The notes below the pieces were generated by a model that saw only the letters and a list, made by a program, of their open reading frames with translations, was not told where the DNA came from and searched no databases. The position numbers and the translations under genes were made by a program. 50,058 nt of DNA from a bacterium (GTDB taxonomy: Bacteria > Chloroflexota > Dormibacteria > Aeolococcales > Aeolococcaceae). Of the stretch, positions 28,259 through 38,181 are shown piece after piece (position 1 is the stretch's first letter; each line of letters begins with the position of its first letter). The DNA is taken from positions 1-50,058 of the forward strand of contig JAJZNI010000129.1 in the NCBI GenBank assembly GCA_021847925.1. The letters are read 5' to 3'.

Positions 28259-28603
28259 ATGCACGACTACCACGCCATCAAGGCGCTCGTCGCCCGCCTG
28301 CTTCGCGACGCGGACCCCGCCCAGGACGTCGCAGAGGTGCGCGTCCGGGCCAGCCCGATCTACTCGGCGGCCGCCCTGCGGCAGGCCTACGGGGTGCTCA
28401 CGGCGGGCACGCCGCTCGCCGGCTCGCGCCTCGAGGTGGAGGACCTCCCGGACCGGCGCGAGTGCGCGCGGTGCGGGAGCGCCTACGCGGTGTCGCCCGA
28501 GGACATCGCGGGGCACCTGGTCGTCTGCCCCCATTGCGGCGAGCCGTCGCCCCGTGAGGTGGGCACGGGCGTCGAGATCGTCGGGGTGACCCGGGGCGGG
28601 TGA
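28259..28603 (+). CDS. hypA: Nickel metallochaperone HypA (divergent)
   Basis: MHD N-terminus (canonical MHE), GTPLAGSRLEVE, CARC and CPHC zinc site, terminal G.GVEI. GGAGGTGA RBS and -10-like TAGACT at 28229. Confidence 0.85.
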   Translation: MHDYHAIKALVARLLRDADPAQDVAEVRVRASPIYSAAALRQAYGVLTAGTPLAGSRLEVEDLPDRRECARCGSAYAVSPEDIAGHLVVCPHCGEPSPREVGTGVEIVGVTRGG

Positions 28604-28621
28604 GGCCCCGCTGGTGGCGGG

Positions 28622-30898
28622 TCAGAGCAGCCCGGCGGCGTCCCGCGCCCCAGCGATGACCGCCTGCCCGAGGCTGATCCCCCCGTCGTTGGGAGGCACC
28701 CGCGCGTGGGTGAGCACGCGGAAGCCGCCGCCGCTCAGCAGGCCGGCCACCCTCTCGGTGAGGAGGAGGTTCTGGAAGACGCCACCCGAGAGCGCGACCA
28801 CCGCGAGACCGCTGCGCTCGCGCACGCGCAGGCAGGCGGACAGCACAGCCATGGCCAGGCCGTTGTGGAAACGGGCCGCTATCAGCGGCACCGCGACCCC
28901 GGCCCGGAGGTCGGCGACCACGGCGCGGACCAGGTCCCCCGAGGCCACCTCGCAGGGATCGCCGCCGCTGACCGCGACCGTGTAGGCGGAGCTCTCCCCG
29001 GGCTCGGCGACCTGCTCCAGCTCCACCGCCGCCTGACCCTCGTAGTGGATCGTGTCCCTGACCCCGAGGATGGCCGCGACGGCGTCGAAGAGCCGGCCGG
29101 CACTGGTCGTGAGAGGGCTGGCGACCCCGCCACGGGCCAGGGCGACGACCGCTCCCCAGCGCTCGGCGTGCGCCTGCGCGACCCGCAGGCCGGAGGGCAC
29201 GTCGCCACGGAAGGCGGCGTCGAGGTGGGCCGCCGCCATCCGCCACGGCTCCCGGATGGCCATGGCGCCTCCCGGCATGCGGACCGGAGAGAGGTGCCCC
29301 GCGCGGCGAAATGAGGTGAGGTCGGCGACGAGGATCTCGCCGCCCCACATGGAGCCATCGAGCCCGTACCCGAGGCCGTCGAGGGCGACCCCGATGACGG
29401 GGCCCGGCTCCCCGTTGTCGGCGAGGCAGGCCGCGATGTGGGCGTGGTGATGCTGCACCGCGATCCGCTCCACGTCCGCCATCCCCTGGGCGTGCTTGGT
29501 GGAGAGGTAGTCGGGATGGAGATCGTGCGCTGCCAGCTCGGGCCGGATGTCGAAGATGCGCATGAAGTGGTCGATGCCCTCCCGGTAGGAGCGCAGGGTC
29601 TCCCAGTTCTCCAGATCCCCGATGTGGTGGGAGACGAAGGCGCGGTGCCCCTTGGCCAGGCAGAAGGTGCTCTTCAGCTCCGCCCCGCAGCCCAGCACCG
29701 GGCGGGGAAAGGGGCGGGCCAGGGTCACCGGCTGAGGGACGAATCCGCGGGAGCGGCGGAGGGCGGTCTCGCGCCCCGCCACCACGCGGACCACGGAGTC
29801 GTCGGTGCGCACGTGGATGGGACGGTCGTGGGTGAGGAAGGCGTCGGCGATGCCGGCAAGGCGGCGGAGCGCATCCTCGTCGCCGTAGGCGATGGGCTCG
29901 TCGGAGACGTTGCCGCTCGTGAGGACGAACGGCTCGGCCAGGTCGCGCGCCATCAGGTGGTGAACCGGGGTGTAGGGAAGCATCACCCCGAGGGAGCGGT
30001 TGCCGGGCGCGACCGAGGGGGCCACCGCGCCGCCCGCATGGCGTCGCAGCAGCACGATGGGCCGGCGCGGGGAGGTGAGAGCCCGCGCCTGCGCGTCGCC
30101 GATCTCGCCGAGCAGGCGCGCCGCGTCGAGGTCTGCGGCCATGACCGCGAACGGCTTGTCCTCACGGTGCTTGCGTGAGCGCAGTGCCGCCACCGCCGGC
30201 TCCGAGCCCGCGAGCGCGGCGAGATGGTAGCCACCCAGCCCCTTCACCGCGAGCACGCCGCCATCGCGCAGCAGGGAGACGGCGGTATCGAGGGGATCGC
30301 CGGCGAGGGTGGCTCCGCGCCCGTCGACCAGCCGCAGAGACGGTCCGCACCGCGGGCAGCAGACCGGCTGGGCATGGAAGCGACGGTTGCCGGGGTCCCG
30401 GTACTCGCGCTCGCAGTCGCGGCACATGGCGAAGCCGGCCATGGTGGTGGCCGCCCGGTCGTAGGGGACGTCGCGGATGATGGTGAACCGCGGGCCGCAG
30501 TTGGTGCAGGTGATGAAGGGATGGCGGTGGCGGCGATCCCGGGGGTCGAACAGCTCGCGCAGGCAGTCCTCACAGGTGGCGGTGTCGGGCGAGATCAGGG
30601 TCTGGCGCTCCCCCACCGGGTCGCTCGGAGCGATGACGAACCCGGACCCGCCCTCGGGCTCCACGGTGTGGCTCTCGATGCTGTCGATGACGGCGAGCGG
30701 GGGTGCCTCCTCGCGGAGCCGGCGCACAAACGCGTCCAGGGTGGAGGCGGAGCCCTCCACCTCGATGACCACGCCGGTCGTGTCGTTGCCGACCAGCCCG
30801 GTGAGCCCCATGCGGGTGCCCAGCGCGTGGACGAAGGGACGGAAGCCGACTCCCTGGACCACCCCCTCCACGCGCAGACGACGGCGCCGGATGGGCAC
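28622..30898 (-). CDS. hypF: Carbamoyltransferase HypF
   Basis: GVVQGVGFRPF acylphosphatase domain, two zinc fingers (CEDC/CTNC; CRDC/CPRC), KGLGGYHL, QHHHAH, PPNDGGISLGQ. Confidence 0.96.
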   Translation of the reverse strand: MPIRRRRLRVEGVVQGVGFRPFVHALGTRMGLTGLVGNDTTGVVIEVEGSASTLDAFVRRLREEAPPLAVIDSIESHTVEPEGGSGFVIAPSDPVGERQTLISPDTATCEDCLRELFDPRDRRHRHPFITCTNCGPRFTIIRDVPYDRAATTMAGFAMCRDCEREYRDPGNRRFHAQPVCCPRCGPSLRLVDGRGATLAGDPLDTAVSLLRDGGVLAVKGLGGYHLAALAGSEPAVAALRSRKHREDKPFAVMAADLDAARLLGEIGDAQARALTSPRRPIVLLRRHAGGAVAPSVAPGNRSLGVMLPYTPVHHLMARDLAEPFVLTSGNVSDEPIAYGDEDALRRLAGIADAFLTHDRPIHVRTDDSVVRVVAGRETALRRSRGFVPQPVTLARPFPRPVLGCGAELKSTFCLAKGHRAFVSHHIGDLENWETLRSYREGIDHFMRIFDIRPELAAHDLHPDYLSTKHAQGMADVERIAVQHHHAHIAACLADNGEPGPVIGVALDGLGYGLDGSMWGGEILVADLTSFRRAGHLSPVRMPGGAMAIREPWRMAAAHLDAAFRGDVPSGLRVAQAHAERWGAVVALARGGVASPLTTSAGRLFDAVAAILGVRDTIHYEGQAAVELEQVAEPGESSAYTVAVSGGDPCEVASGDLVRAVVADLRAGVAVPLIAARFHNGLAMAVLSACLRVRERSGLAVVALSGGVFQNLLLTERVAGLLSGGGFRVLTHARVPPNDGGISLGQAVIAGARDAAGLL

Positions 30899-31106
30899 GG
30901 CTCAGCGACGCAAACCGGGGCTGATCATGGCGGTGGGACGGTGATGCCGTGACCTCCGGCGCGAGCGTCCCGTCGCGCGGCGGGCGCGGGGGAGGATGGC
31001 GGTGAGCCGGCGCAGGTCCGGCCTCCTCGGAAGGCTCTCACACCGCCGGCGAACCCGGCAAGGTGGTCCCGGCGCCGAGGGCGGGGATGCGAACGGCCCG
31101 CCCGGC

Positions 31107-31337
31107 TCAGCCGGACCAGAGGCTCCGGTACCAGGCCGGCTCGGGGATCCCGATCCCCGAGGCCGGCGGGAAGGCGACCCGCATCACCGGAGTCTGGCTC
31201 CCGGCGACCAGCAGCTCCTCACCGCAGCCCCGGCACCGGATCGACATCGAGAGCAGCTCGACGTCGGCGCCCGCCGCCTCCAGGAAGTGCCTGGTGGAGC
31301 ACCTGGGGCAGATGATGGCGAGACGGTGGATCGTCAT
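31107..31337 (-). CDS. Small putative zinc-ribbon protein (76 aa)
   Basis: MTIHRLAIICPRC...IRCRGCGEEL: two CxxC motifs. Lies between the hydrogenase protease and hypF with boxes upstream. No obvious RBS. Confidence 0.5.
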   Translation of the reverse strand: MTIHRLAIICPRCSTRHFLEAAGADVELLSMSIRCRGCGEELLVAGSQTPVMRVAFPPASGIGIPEPAWYRSLWSG

Positions 31338-31480
31338 GGCTGGTGCGGCGGGGTGATGAGCGGGGCGGGGCCGCCCCGCGATCATGATGGCGCCGCGGCG
31401 AGGAGAGCGCATCGGCCGGTGGTCCGCACCCTGTGCGACGGTTGCGCCCAGGCCGGCGGTGCCCACGCTCACGTGGGAGG

Positions 31481-31540
31481 GTGACCAAGGGCCCCACCGA
31501 CATGTGCCCTTCACCCGCGGCGACCGGTGCGACCGGACCC
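31481..31540. promoter_or_regulatory. Three DosR/DevR-like boxes with 23-bp period upstream of the zinc-ribbon ORF and hypF
   Basis: GTGAC-CAAG-GGCCC (31481), GTGCC-CTTC-ACCCG (31504), GTGCG-ACCG-GACCC (31527). Confidence 0.55.
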
Positions 31541-31603
31541 CCCCGGCGCCGGTCACCGGCCGCCGGCGCGGATCCGGCGACGGCGCCCGGGGTCGCCGCG
31601 CGG

Positions 31604-32089
31604 TCAGGCCCCGGCCAGGGCGCGCAGGCGCGTCACCAGGAGGTCGGCCGCCGGACCGACGGCGCTCTCGACGGCGGGGGAGAGCCCCTCCCCCTGCGCG
31701 TCATCCCCGGCCGCGAGCGCGAGCAGATCGACGCGCGCGGGAAGCCGCTCCAGGGTCCGGGCCAGCCGGATCATCTCGGCGACCCCGATACCGTGGGTGT
31801 CGAGCCCCGCGCTCCGGCCACTCAGGCGGTCGGCGCCGCGCCCGGCGTCGTCGACCCAGGTCACCTCGCCGGGGACGCAGCCCCGCCAGCGGGCAGCGTC
31901 CACCAGCACGGCCACATCCGCCTCGGACCAGAGGTCGAGGAGATCGGTGAGGTCGCCGCCGCAGGACAGCGCCCGCACGCCCTCGGGCAGGCTCGGACGG
32001 GCACGCTCCAGCACGGCCATCCCGGCGCCATCGTCGCGACGCATGGGGTTTCCGACGGCGATGACCACGACCCGGGGGGCGGCGCTCAT
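31604..32089 (-). CDS. Hydrogenase maturation endopeptidase
   Basis: [37 protein letters not shown] overlap with the large subunit gene. Confidence 0.92.
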   Translation of the reverse strand: MSAAPRVVVIAVGNPMRRDDGAGMAVLERARPSLPEGVRALSCGGDLTDLLDLWSEADVAVLVDAARWRGCVPGEVTWVDDAGRGADRLSGRSAGLDTHGIGVAEMIRLARTLERLPARVDLLALAAGDDAQGEGLSPAVESAVGPAADLLVTRLRALAGA

Positions 32090-33381
32090 CGCCGCTCGAC
32101 GGTCACGTCGAGGAAGTGCGCCGAGCAGGAGATGCAGGGGTCGTAGTTGCGGATGGCCTCCTCGCAGAGGTGCTGCAGGGCACTGTCCCGAAGCCCGAGG
32201 TTCTCCACCACGACACGGCGCAGATCGCTCTCGATGGCGTCCTGGTTCTGGGCCGTGGGGGGCACGATGACCGCGCTCAGGACGGCGCCGTCCTCGTCCA
32301 GCTCGTAGCGGTGATAGAGGAGACCGCGGGGCGCCTCGGTGATGCCGTGGCCCACGCCGGCCCGGGGCTCGACGGGCACGGCCGGGCGCTCCGGCTCCTC
32401 GTACCCCTCGATGAGGCCGATGGCGTCGTCGCAGGCGGCGAGGGTCTCGACCGCTCGCACCACGATGCTGCGGAAGGGGTTGCGGCACTCCGGCCCCAGA
32501 CCCGCGTCCGCAGCCGCCTCGCGCGCGAGCGCGGGGAGACGGTCGTGGTTCACCGTGTAACGGGCGAGGGGACCCACCAGGTAGCGCCCTCCCCCCTTCC
32601 GGTGGGCGTGGAGCGCGGTGGAGTGGGCGACGTGCTCCTCCTCGAAATGGTCGAGGAAGGCGTCCACCGGGATGTCGAGACCGCGATCGGAGGCGACGCG
32701 CCCGTCGACGACCGCGTACTCCGAGGGGTGCCGGAGGGCCACCATCTCGTGGGCCACCTCGAGGTCGGGGAACGTGAAGGTGGAGACCCAGCGCACCGTC
32801 TCCAGGGCGGCGTCGCGGGCCCAGCGCAGCTCGTCGAGCAGACCGCGCAGCTCGGAGAGGGTGGGAACGCGGTAGAAGCCGCCCACGCGCACGTTGACGG
32901 GATGGACCGACCTCCCGCCCACCACGTCCATGATGTGGTTGCCCACCTTCTTGAGGCGCAGCGCCCGCTCCACCACATCGCGATGCTCGCGGGCCAGCTC
33001 CAGGGCGCTTCCCGCGCCCAGGAAGTCGGGGGCGTGCAGGAGGTAGATGTGGAGCACGTGGCTCTCGATCCACTCGCCGCAGTAGAGCAGCCGCCGGAGC
33101 GCGCGAAGGGGTTCGTCCACCACCACGCCGCAGGCTGATTCGATCGCCTGGCACGCGCTCATCTGGTAAGCGACGGGACAGATGCCGCAGATGCGGGCGG
33201 TGATGTCGGGAGGCTCGGTGTAGGCGCGCCCGCGCAGGAACGCCTCGAAGAAGCGGGGCGGCTCGTAGATCTGCAGCCTGAGATCGGTCACGGTCTTGCC
33301 ATCGATGACCACATGCATGGCCCCCTCGCCCTCGACGCGGCTGAGTGCCTCGAGGCTCAGGTCGCGGGTCTGGTGGGTCAT
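32086..33381 (-). CDS. hydA: Group 3b [NiFe]-hydrogenase large (alpha) subunit
   Basis: RVEGEG, RFFE, L1 [26 protein letters not shown]2 [12 protein letters not shown] followed by a 9-aa cleavable tail. Confidence 0.95.
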   Translation of the reverse strand: MTHQTRDLSLEALSRVEGEGAMHVVIDGKTVTDLRLQIYEPPRFFEAFLRGRAYTEPPDITARICGICPVAYQMSACQAIESACGVVVDEPLRALRRLLYCGEWIESHVLHIYLLHAPDFLGAGSALELAREHRDVVERALRLKKVGNHIMDVVGGRSVHPVNVRVGGFYRVPTLSELRGLLDELRWARDAALETVRWVSTFTFPDLEVAHEMVALRHPSEYAVVDGRVASDRGLDIPVDAFLDHFEEEHVAHSTALHAHRKGGGRYLVGPLARYTVNHDRLPALAREAAADAGLGPECRNPFRSIVVRAVETLAACDDAIGLIEGYEEPERPAVPVEPRAGVGHGITEAPRGLLYHRYELDEDGAVLSAVIVPPTAQNQDAIESDLRRVVVENLGLRDSALQHLCEEAIRNYDPCISCSAHFLDVTVERR

Positions 33382-34172
33382 CGCGGCCCTCCTCGCTTCT
33401 CGGCGGCGGCGCTGGCCGCCGCAAAAGCGGGGGCGCCGGTGTTGTACGTCCGGAAGATGCGGACCAGCTCCGGGCCGCTCATCCCGCACGAGCGCAGCAC
33501 GTCGCTGAGGGCCGCCGTGTTGGGCGTCTCCGTGGGACCGAAGCATCCATAGCAGCCCCGGTGGAAGCTGGGGCAGATGGCACCGCAGCCGGCCTGTGTC
33601 ACCGGTCCCAGGCAGGGTGTGCCGTGGGCCACGGTCACGCAGACGTTGCCGCGACGTTTGCACTCCTGGCAGACGCTGTACGCGGGCACCAGGGGCTTGC
33701 GCCCGGCCAGGAAGGCGCTCACCACCTCGAGGAGCTGGTGCCTGCTGACGGGGCACCCGCGCAGCTCGAAATCGACCGGAACGTGGGCCGCGATGGGGGT
33801 GGAGCTCTCCAGCGTGGAGATGTAGTCGGGATGCGCGTACACCGTGCGCGTCATCTCCCCCACGTCGGCCAGGTTGCGCAGCGCCTGGATGCCGCCGGCG
33901 GTGGCGCAGGCGCCGATGGCGACGAGGTGGCGGGAGGTGGCTCGCACCTCCTGGATCCGCTCCGCGTCGTGGGGCGTGGTCACCGATCCCTCGACCAGGG
34001 AGAGGTCGTAGGGTCCCTCGGTCACGGCGGTGGACGCCTCCAGAAAGTAGGCGATCTCGACCGCGCCGGCGAGCGTCAGCAGCTCATCCTCGCAGTTGAG
34101 GAGAGAGAGCTGGCAGCCGTCGCAGGAGCCGAACTTCCAGACCGCGAGCTTGGGCCGGCGGGTGCTCTGCAT
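33378..34172 (-). CDS. hydD: Group 3b [NiFe]-hydrogenase small (delta) subunit
   Basis: [50 protein letters not shown]. Confidence 0.93.
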   Translation of the reverse strand: MQSTRRPKLAVWKFGSCDGCQLSLLNCEDELLTLAGAVEIAYFLEASTAVTEGPYDLSLVEGSVTTPHDAERIQEVRATSRHLVAIGACATAGGIQALRNLADVGEMTRTVYAHPDYISTLESSTPIAAHVPVDFELRGCPVSRHQLLEVVSAFLAGRKPLVPAYSVCQECKRRGNVCVTVAHGTPCLGPVTQAGCGAICPSFHRGCYGCFGPTETPNTAALSDVLRSCGMSGPELVRIFRTYNTGAPAFAAASAAAEKRGGPR

Positions 34173-34174
34173 GG

Positions 34175-35035
34175 CTACAGCTCCCTCCGGGCGAGCAGCG
34201 GCGCCACCCTCGACCAGGGCAGGACCGGTCCCTCCGAGCAGATGAAGAGACCACCGAGCTGGCAGTGCCCGCAGCGCCGGATGCCGCACTGCATGGTTCG
34301 CTCCAGGGAGGCCAGAACCCGCTGCGGCGCAACCCCCTGGGCCATGACCCCGGCGGCGGCGAAGCGCATCATGACCTCGGGGCCGCAGACCATGGCCACC
34401 GTCACCTCGGGATCGATGGTGAGGCGCTCGATCAACGTGGTCACCACCCCGACGTCCCCCTTCCAGGCCGCGGTGGCGTAGTCGACGGTGGTCCTGACCT
34501 CCATGCGCGCGCTGGCCTGCCAGCTCGCGATCTCACCGCGGAAGACCATCTCATCGGGAGATCGGGCGCCCACCAGCAGGGTCACGCGACGAAAGCGACG
34601 GCGACGGCGCAGCACCTCGTGCACCACCGGGCGCAGCGGGGCCAGTCCGATGCCCCCGGCGACCAGCAGCAGGTCTCCACCCGCCGCGGCCTCGACCCCC
34701 CAGGCCGTACCGTACGGCCCGCGCACCCCGACGACGTCCCCCACATCGAGAGCGCAGAGGGCCTTGGTGACGGCCCCCACCGCACGGATGGTGTGCAGCA
34801 GCCGGCTCTGCGAAGCCTCGACGCCGCTCACCGAGATGGGCACCTCGCCGACGCGGGGCGCGTAGAGCATGCAGAACTGCCCGGCTGCCGGGGTCGGGAT
34901 GGACTCGGTCACGGGCACGATGCCGATGGTCACCGTGTCCTCGGTCTCGCGGGTGCGGGACGTCACCCGGTACGCGACCGGGGCCATCTCGTCGCGCACG
35001 CTCGGCCGTTCAGCGGGTTCCGCTGCCAGTGCCAT
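34175..35035 (-). CDS. hydG: Group 3b hydrogenase gamma subunit (FAD/NAD(P)-binding, 2Fe-2S)
   Basis: [48 protein letters not shown]...C.EGPV. Confidence 0.93.
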   Translation of the reverse strand: MALAAEPAERPSVRDEMAPVAYRVTSRTRETEDTVTIGIVPVTESIPTPAAGQFCMLYAPRVGEVPISVSGVEASQSRLLHTIRAVGAVTKALCALDVGDVVGVRGPYGTAWGVEAAAGGDLLLVAGGIGLAPLRPVVHEVLRRRRRFRRVTLLVGARSPDEMVFRGEIASWQASARMEVRTTVDYATAAWKGDVGVVTTLIERLTIDPEVTVAMVCGPEVMMRFAAAGVMAQGVAPQRVLASLERTMQCGIRRCGHCQLGGLFICSEGPVLPWSRVAPLLARREL

Positions 35036-35480
35036 AGACGTCCAGGAGGCGCAGACGGACGGATTGGAGACGGCCCAGCATCACCCGCGCGAAACCCTGG
35101 GTCAGCAGGTAGCCGAGGCGGGGATCGGCCTCGCATTTGTCGCGCAGGCACCGGGCGTCGAAGGCGACGCCCGAGACCGGCTCGAGGGCGTCGGCGTCGA
35201 ACTGCCAGCGGTAGGGTTCGAAGAGCCAGGACCAGCCCAGCACGTCGCCGCCCCCCAGGGTGTCCACCACCACCGTGCCGCGCTCGGGGACGTAGAAACC
35301 CAGCGCCGCCCTCCCGCTGCGCAGGAGGTAGAAGGCGTCGGCCGGCTCGCCGGCCGTCAGGATGCGCTGGCCCACCGCGAAGTGGACGTTGCGGCCGCAC
35401 CCTGCGATCAGGTCCAGGCTGTCCCGGTCCAGCCCGCGGAAGAACCTCTGCTCGGCGATGAGCTCGGCGATCGTCTTCAT
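35010..35480 (-). CDS. Stand-alone cyclic-nucleotide-binding domain protein (no HTH)
   Basis: 156 aa: '[22 protein letters not shown]...[14 protein letters not shown]...FDADA'. Overlaps both the beta and gamma genes. Confidence 0.88.
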   Translation of the reverse strand: MKTIAELIAEQRFFRGLDRDSLDLIAGCGRNVHFAVGQRILTAGEPADAFYLLRSGRAALGFYVPERGTVVVDTLGGGDVLGWSWLFEPYRWQFDADALEPVSGVAFDARCLRDKCEADPRLGYLLTQGFARVMLGRLQSVRLRLLDVYGTGSGTR

Positions 35481-36700
35481 CCCCTCGCCCTCGTGGGCGG
35501 CCCGGTGAGGCCGTCGGTGGCGCGGATGGCGGCCGCCTCCTCGGTGATGTCGATGCCCGCCGGGCACCAGGTGATGCAGCGCCCGCAGCCGACACACCCC
35601 GAGGTGCCGAACTGCTCGTGCCAGGTGGCCAGCTTGTGGGTCATCCACTGCCGGTAGCGGGCCCGTGCCGACCAGCGCATGGATCCTCCGTGGAGCTGGC
35701 TGTGGTCGACGCTGAAGCAGGAGGCCCACACCCGGTGCTGCTCCGCGTGCCGAGGATCGAGACCACCCGCCTCCCTGAGGTCGACGCAGAAGCAGGTCGG
35801 GCACACCAGGGTGCAGTTGGCACACGAGAGGCAGCGCTCGGCCACCAGGTCCCAGCGCGGGTGCTCGAGGTTGCGCATGAGGAGACCGGGAAGGCCGGCG
35901 GTGTCCAGCGAGCGATCCACGCGCGCCGCCGCCGACGACCACACGGCTGCGGCGGCGTCGAGGTCGGACGCGGACGGCGGCGATGCGCGCAGCGCCGAGA
36001 TCGCAGCGGCCCCGCGCTCCGACCCCACCTCGACCAGGAAGCGGTGGCCCGCCCCTGCATCGTTCCGCTCCGCGCCCGCCGGGACCTGCGCCGACCGGGC
36101 CGGCCCCTCGCCGTCGCCGACCAGCTCGGTGAGGGCGAGGTCATGACCGGCCGTCGCCCGGGGACCGGTGCCCATCGACGTGCAGAAGCAGGATCCCGAC
36201 GGCGCGGCGCAGTTGACCGCGATGAGGAGCGCTCGCTCGCGACGCGCGGCGTAGTCGCGGTCGGGATGGGCCGTCTGCATCAGCACACGATCCTGGACGG
36301 CGATCGCGGCCAGGTCGCAGGCGCGCAGCCCGAGGAGCGCGTAGCGGGCGGGTGCCGCCGGGGCCTCGACGTGGATGCCCTCGGTGTCCACCCGTGCCTG
36401 CCAGGAGACGACCTCGGGCGGGAACAGGTGGTGCTTCCAGGTGGCGGCGCTGACGGAGTGACCGAAGAAGGCCCCGTCCTCGCGCCTCGTGAGCCGGTAG
36501 CCGCCCGGCCTCTGGTCGTCGGCCCAGCCGCGCGGCAGCTCGGCGACGTCGGACATCTCAGCGAGCACGATGGCTCCGTCCCTCACCGTGGGCCCGACGA
36601 CCCGGTAGCCATCGCCACGCAGAGAGTCGATCAGGCTCTGCAGACCGGCAACGTCGATGACAAGCCGCGGCGTCGCGATGTCGCTTTCCCTTGAGGGCAT
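35477..36700 (-). CDS. hydB: Group 3b hydrogenase beta subunit (Fe-S)
   Basis: GLRACD, NC....[46 protein letters not shown]. Alternative GTG start at 36709. Confidence 0.92.
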   Translation of the reverse strand: MPSRESDIATPRLVIDVAGLQSLIDSLRGDGYRVVGPTVRDGAIVLAEMSDVAELPRGWADDQRPGGYRLTRREDGAFFGHSVSAATWKHHLFPPEVVSWQARVDTEGIHVEAPAAPARYALLGLRACDLAAIAVQDRVLMQTAHPDRDYAARRERALLIAVNCAAPSGSCFCTSMGTGPRATAGHDLALTELVGDGEGPARSAQVPAGAERNDAGAGHRFLVEVGSERGAAAISALRASPPSASDLDAAAAVWSSAAARVDRSLDTAGLPGLLMRNLEHPRWDLVAERCLSCANCTLVCPTCFCVDLREAGGLDPRHAEQHRVWASCFSVDHSQLHGGSMRWSARARYRQWMTHKLATWHEQFGTSGCVGCGRCITWCPAGIDITEEAAAIRATDGLTGPPTRARG

Positions 36701-36741
36701 CTCCGGCACTCAGGGTGACGGTTCGTCCCCCGCCGCTGCCA

Positions 36742-36778
36742 GAGGCGGTGGTCAGGGCATGCCCGGGACCAAAGGGCC
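36742..36778. promoter_or_regulatory. Pair of DosR/DevR-like boxes, 23 bp apart, upstream of the hydrogenase operon
   Basis: GAGGC-GGTG-GTCAG (36742) and GGGAC-CAAA-GGGCC (36765). An out-of-phase GTGAC-GGTTC-GTCCC lies at 36715. Confidence 0.5.
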
Positions 36779-36905
36779 TCGCCCGGCGCGAGAAACCGAG
36801 AGCCGCGTCCCGAGGCGGGGCGGGAGGCGCACCGTGGCCGCGAGCCGCGGGCGCGCTCCCCCTGGACGCGGGCGATGAGGACGGTCCCGGGACCGCGGCA
36901 GCGGG

Positions 36906-37943
36906 TCAGGCGGGGCCACCCGTCCACGACCGGAGCACCGCCCTGTAGTTGGCTCGTTCGAACGCCTCGCCGCTGCCGGCGGTGGCCTTGGAGACGCGCC
37001 CGCGCAGCCCGGCGACCGAGGCGTGGCCGTGCCCGGCAAGCCACCCGCGCAGCTCCGCGGTGATGGCCGCGACACGCTCCGGGCCGGAGCGGAGGAGCTC
37101 CGAGGTCGTCATCACCACGTCGGCTCCGACGGCGAGTGCCTTGGCCACGTCCTCTCCGGAGCTGACCCCGGAGGTGGCCGCCAGCGAGACGCCGCCGGGC
37201 AGCTGGGGGCGGAGGATGGCGATCCAGCGCAGCGGCAGCCTCAGCTCGGCGGGCGTGGACAGCTCCAAACGAGGCCGGACCTCCATCGTCTCGAGGTCGA
37301 GGTCAGGTTGATAGAAGCGATTGAAGAGCACGAGCCCGGCGGCCCCGGCACGCACCACCCGGGCGGCGAAGCTTGACAGCCCGGAGTAGAAGGGCGAGAG
37401 CTTGACGGCGACCGGCACCGGGGCCGCCCGGCACACCGCGGCGACCAGCTCCAGGGTGGCGACCTCGATGGTGGCGCCGTCGAGCCGGGGATCGGCGGCC
37501 ACCCGGTAGACGTTGAGCTCGACGGCGTCCGCGCCCGCCTCGGCCATCAGCGCCGCGTAGCGGCACCAGGCACCGACCGAGGTGGCGTTGAGGCTGGCGA
37601 TCACCGGGACGTCCACGGCGCGCCGGATGCGACCCAGGTTGGCGAGGTAGCGCTCCGCGAGCGTGCGCATCTCGACGTCGGGGAAGAAGCCGCTGGCCTC
37701 CGGGTTGCTCTCGGAGCCGGCCTCCAGGGCGGCGGTGGTCTCGAGCTCCTCGGCCGTGATCTCCTCCTCGAAGAGGGAGGGCAGCACCAGGGCGCCGACG
37801 CCGGCGCGGGCGATGCGGATGGCGGTGTCCACCTCGCCGGTGAGCGGGCTGGCGGAGGCGACGATCGGCGACCTCAGGCTGAGCCCGAGGTAGGAGGTGG
37901 TCAGGTCCACCGGGACGGTGCGGTGGTGTGGCGCGGAATCCAT
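36906..37943 (-). CDS. Dihydroorotate dehydrogenase-like FMN protein lacking the catalytic Cys loop
   Basis: DLTTSYLGLSLRSPIVASASPL, SLFEE, PVIASLN, ELNVY, VKLSP, LFNRFYQPD. Start 37943 or GTG 37910. Confidence 0.85.
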   Translation of the reverse strand: MDSAPHHRTVPVDLTTSYLGLSLRSPIVASASPLTGEVDTAIRIARAGVGALVLPSLFEEEITAEELETTAALEAGSESNPEASGFFPDVEMRTLAERYLANLGRIRRAVDVPVIASLNATSVGAWCRYAALMAEAGADAVELNVYRVAADPRLDGATIEVATLELVAAVCRAAPVPVAVKLSPFYSGLSSFAARVVRAGAAGLVLFNRFYQPDLDLETMEVRPRLELSTPAELRLPLRWIAILRPQLPGGVSLAATSGVSSGEDVAKALAVGADVVMTTSELLRSGPERVAAITAELRGWLAGHGHASVAGLRGRVSKATAGSGEAFERANYRAVLRSWTGGPA

Positions 37944-38181
37944 CGGGATCGGCTTCCTCGTGTGCGGGGGGCCGGCGCTGCCCGGGCCCGGGGGCGGGGA
38001 CCCTCGCCGTGTGGGTGGTCGGGCGCGGCGCCTCGGGGACCAGGGTACGCGGCACGCCCGAGAGCTGGCTGCGGCGGCCCCGCCCGATGGGGGGAGGCGA
38101 CATCCTGGCCAAGAGCGCCGGTCGGCGGTTGGCCACGGTTGCCGATGCGCGCAGCGGCCGCAGCGGGGAAGATGCGAGGAG

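Noticed and set aside
32086-33381. Possible selenocysteine ([NiFeSe]) hydrogenase
   Set aside because: The L2 motif is DPCISC with Cys codons and there is no in-frame TGA.
21532-38049. Further single box-like matches (21579, 21595, 30949, 37997, 38036; also 13662 and 50025 outside this span)
   Set aside because: They have no partner at 23 bp and/or poor half-sites, so they cannot be told from chance in GC-rich DNA.
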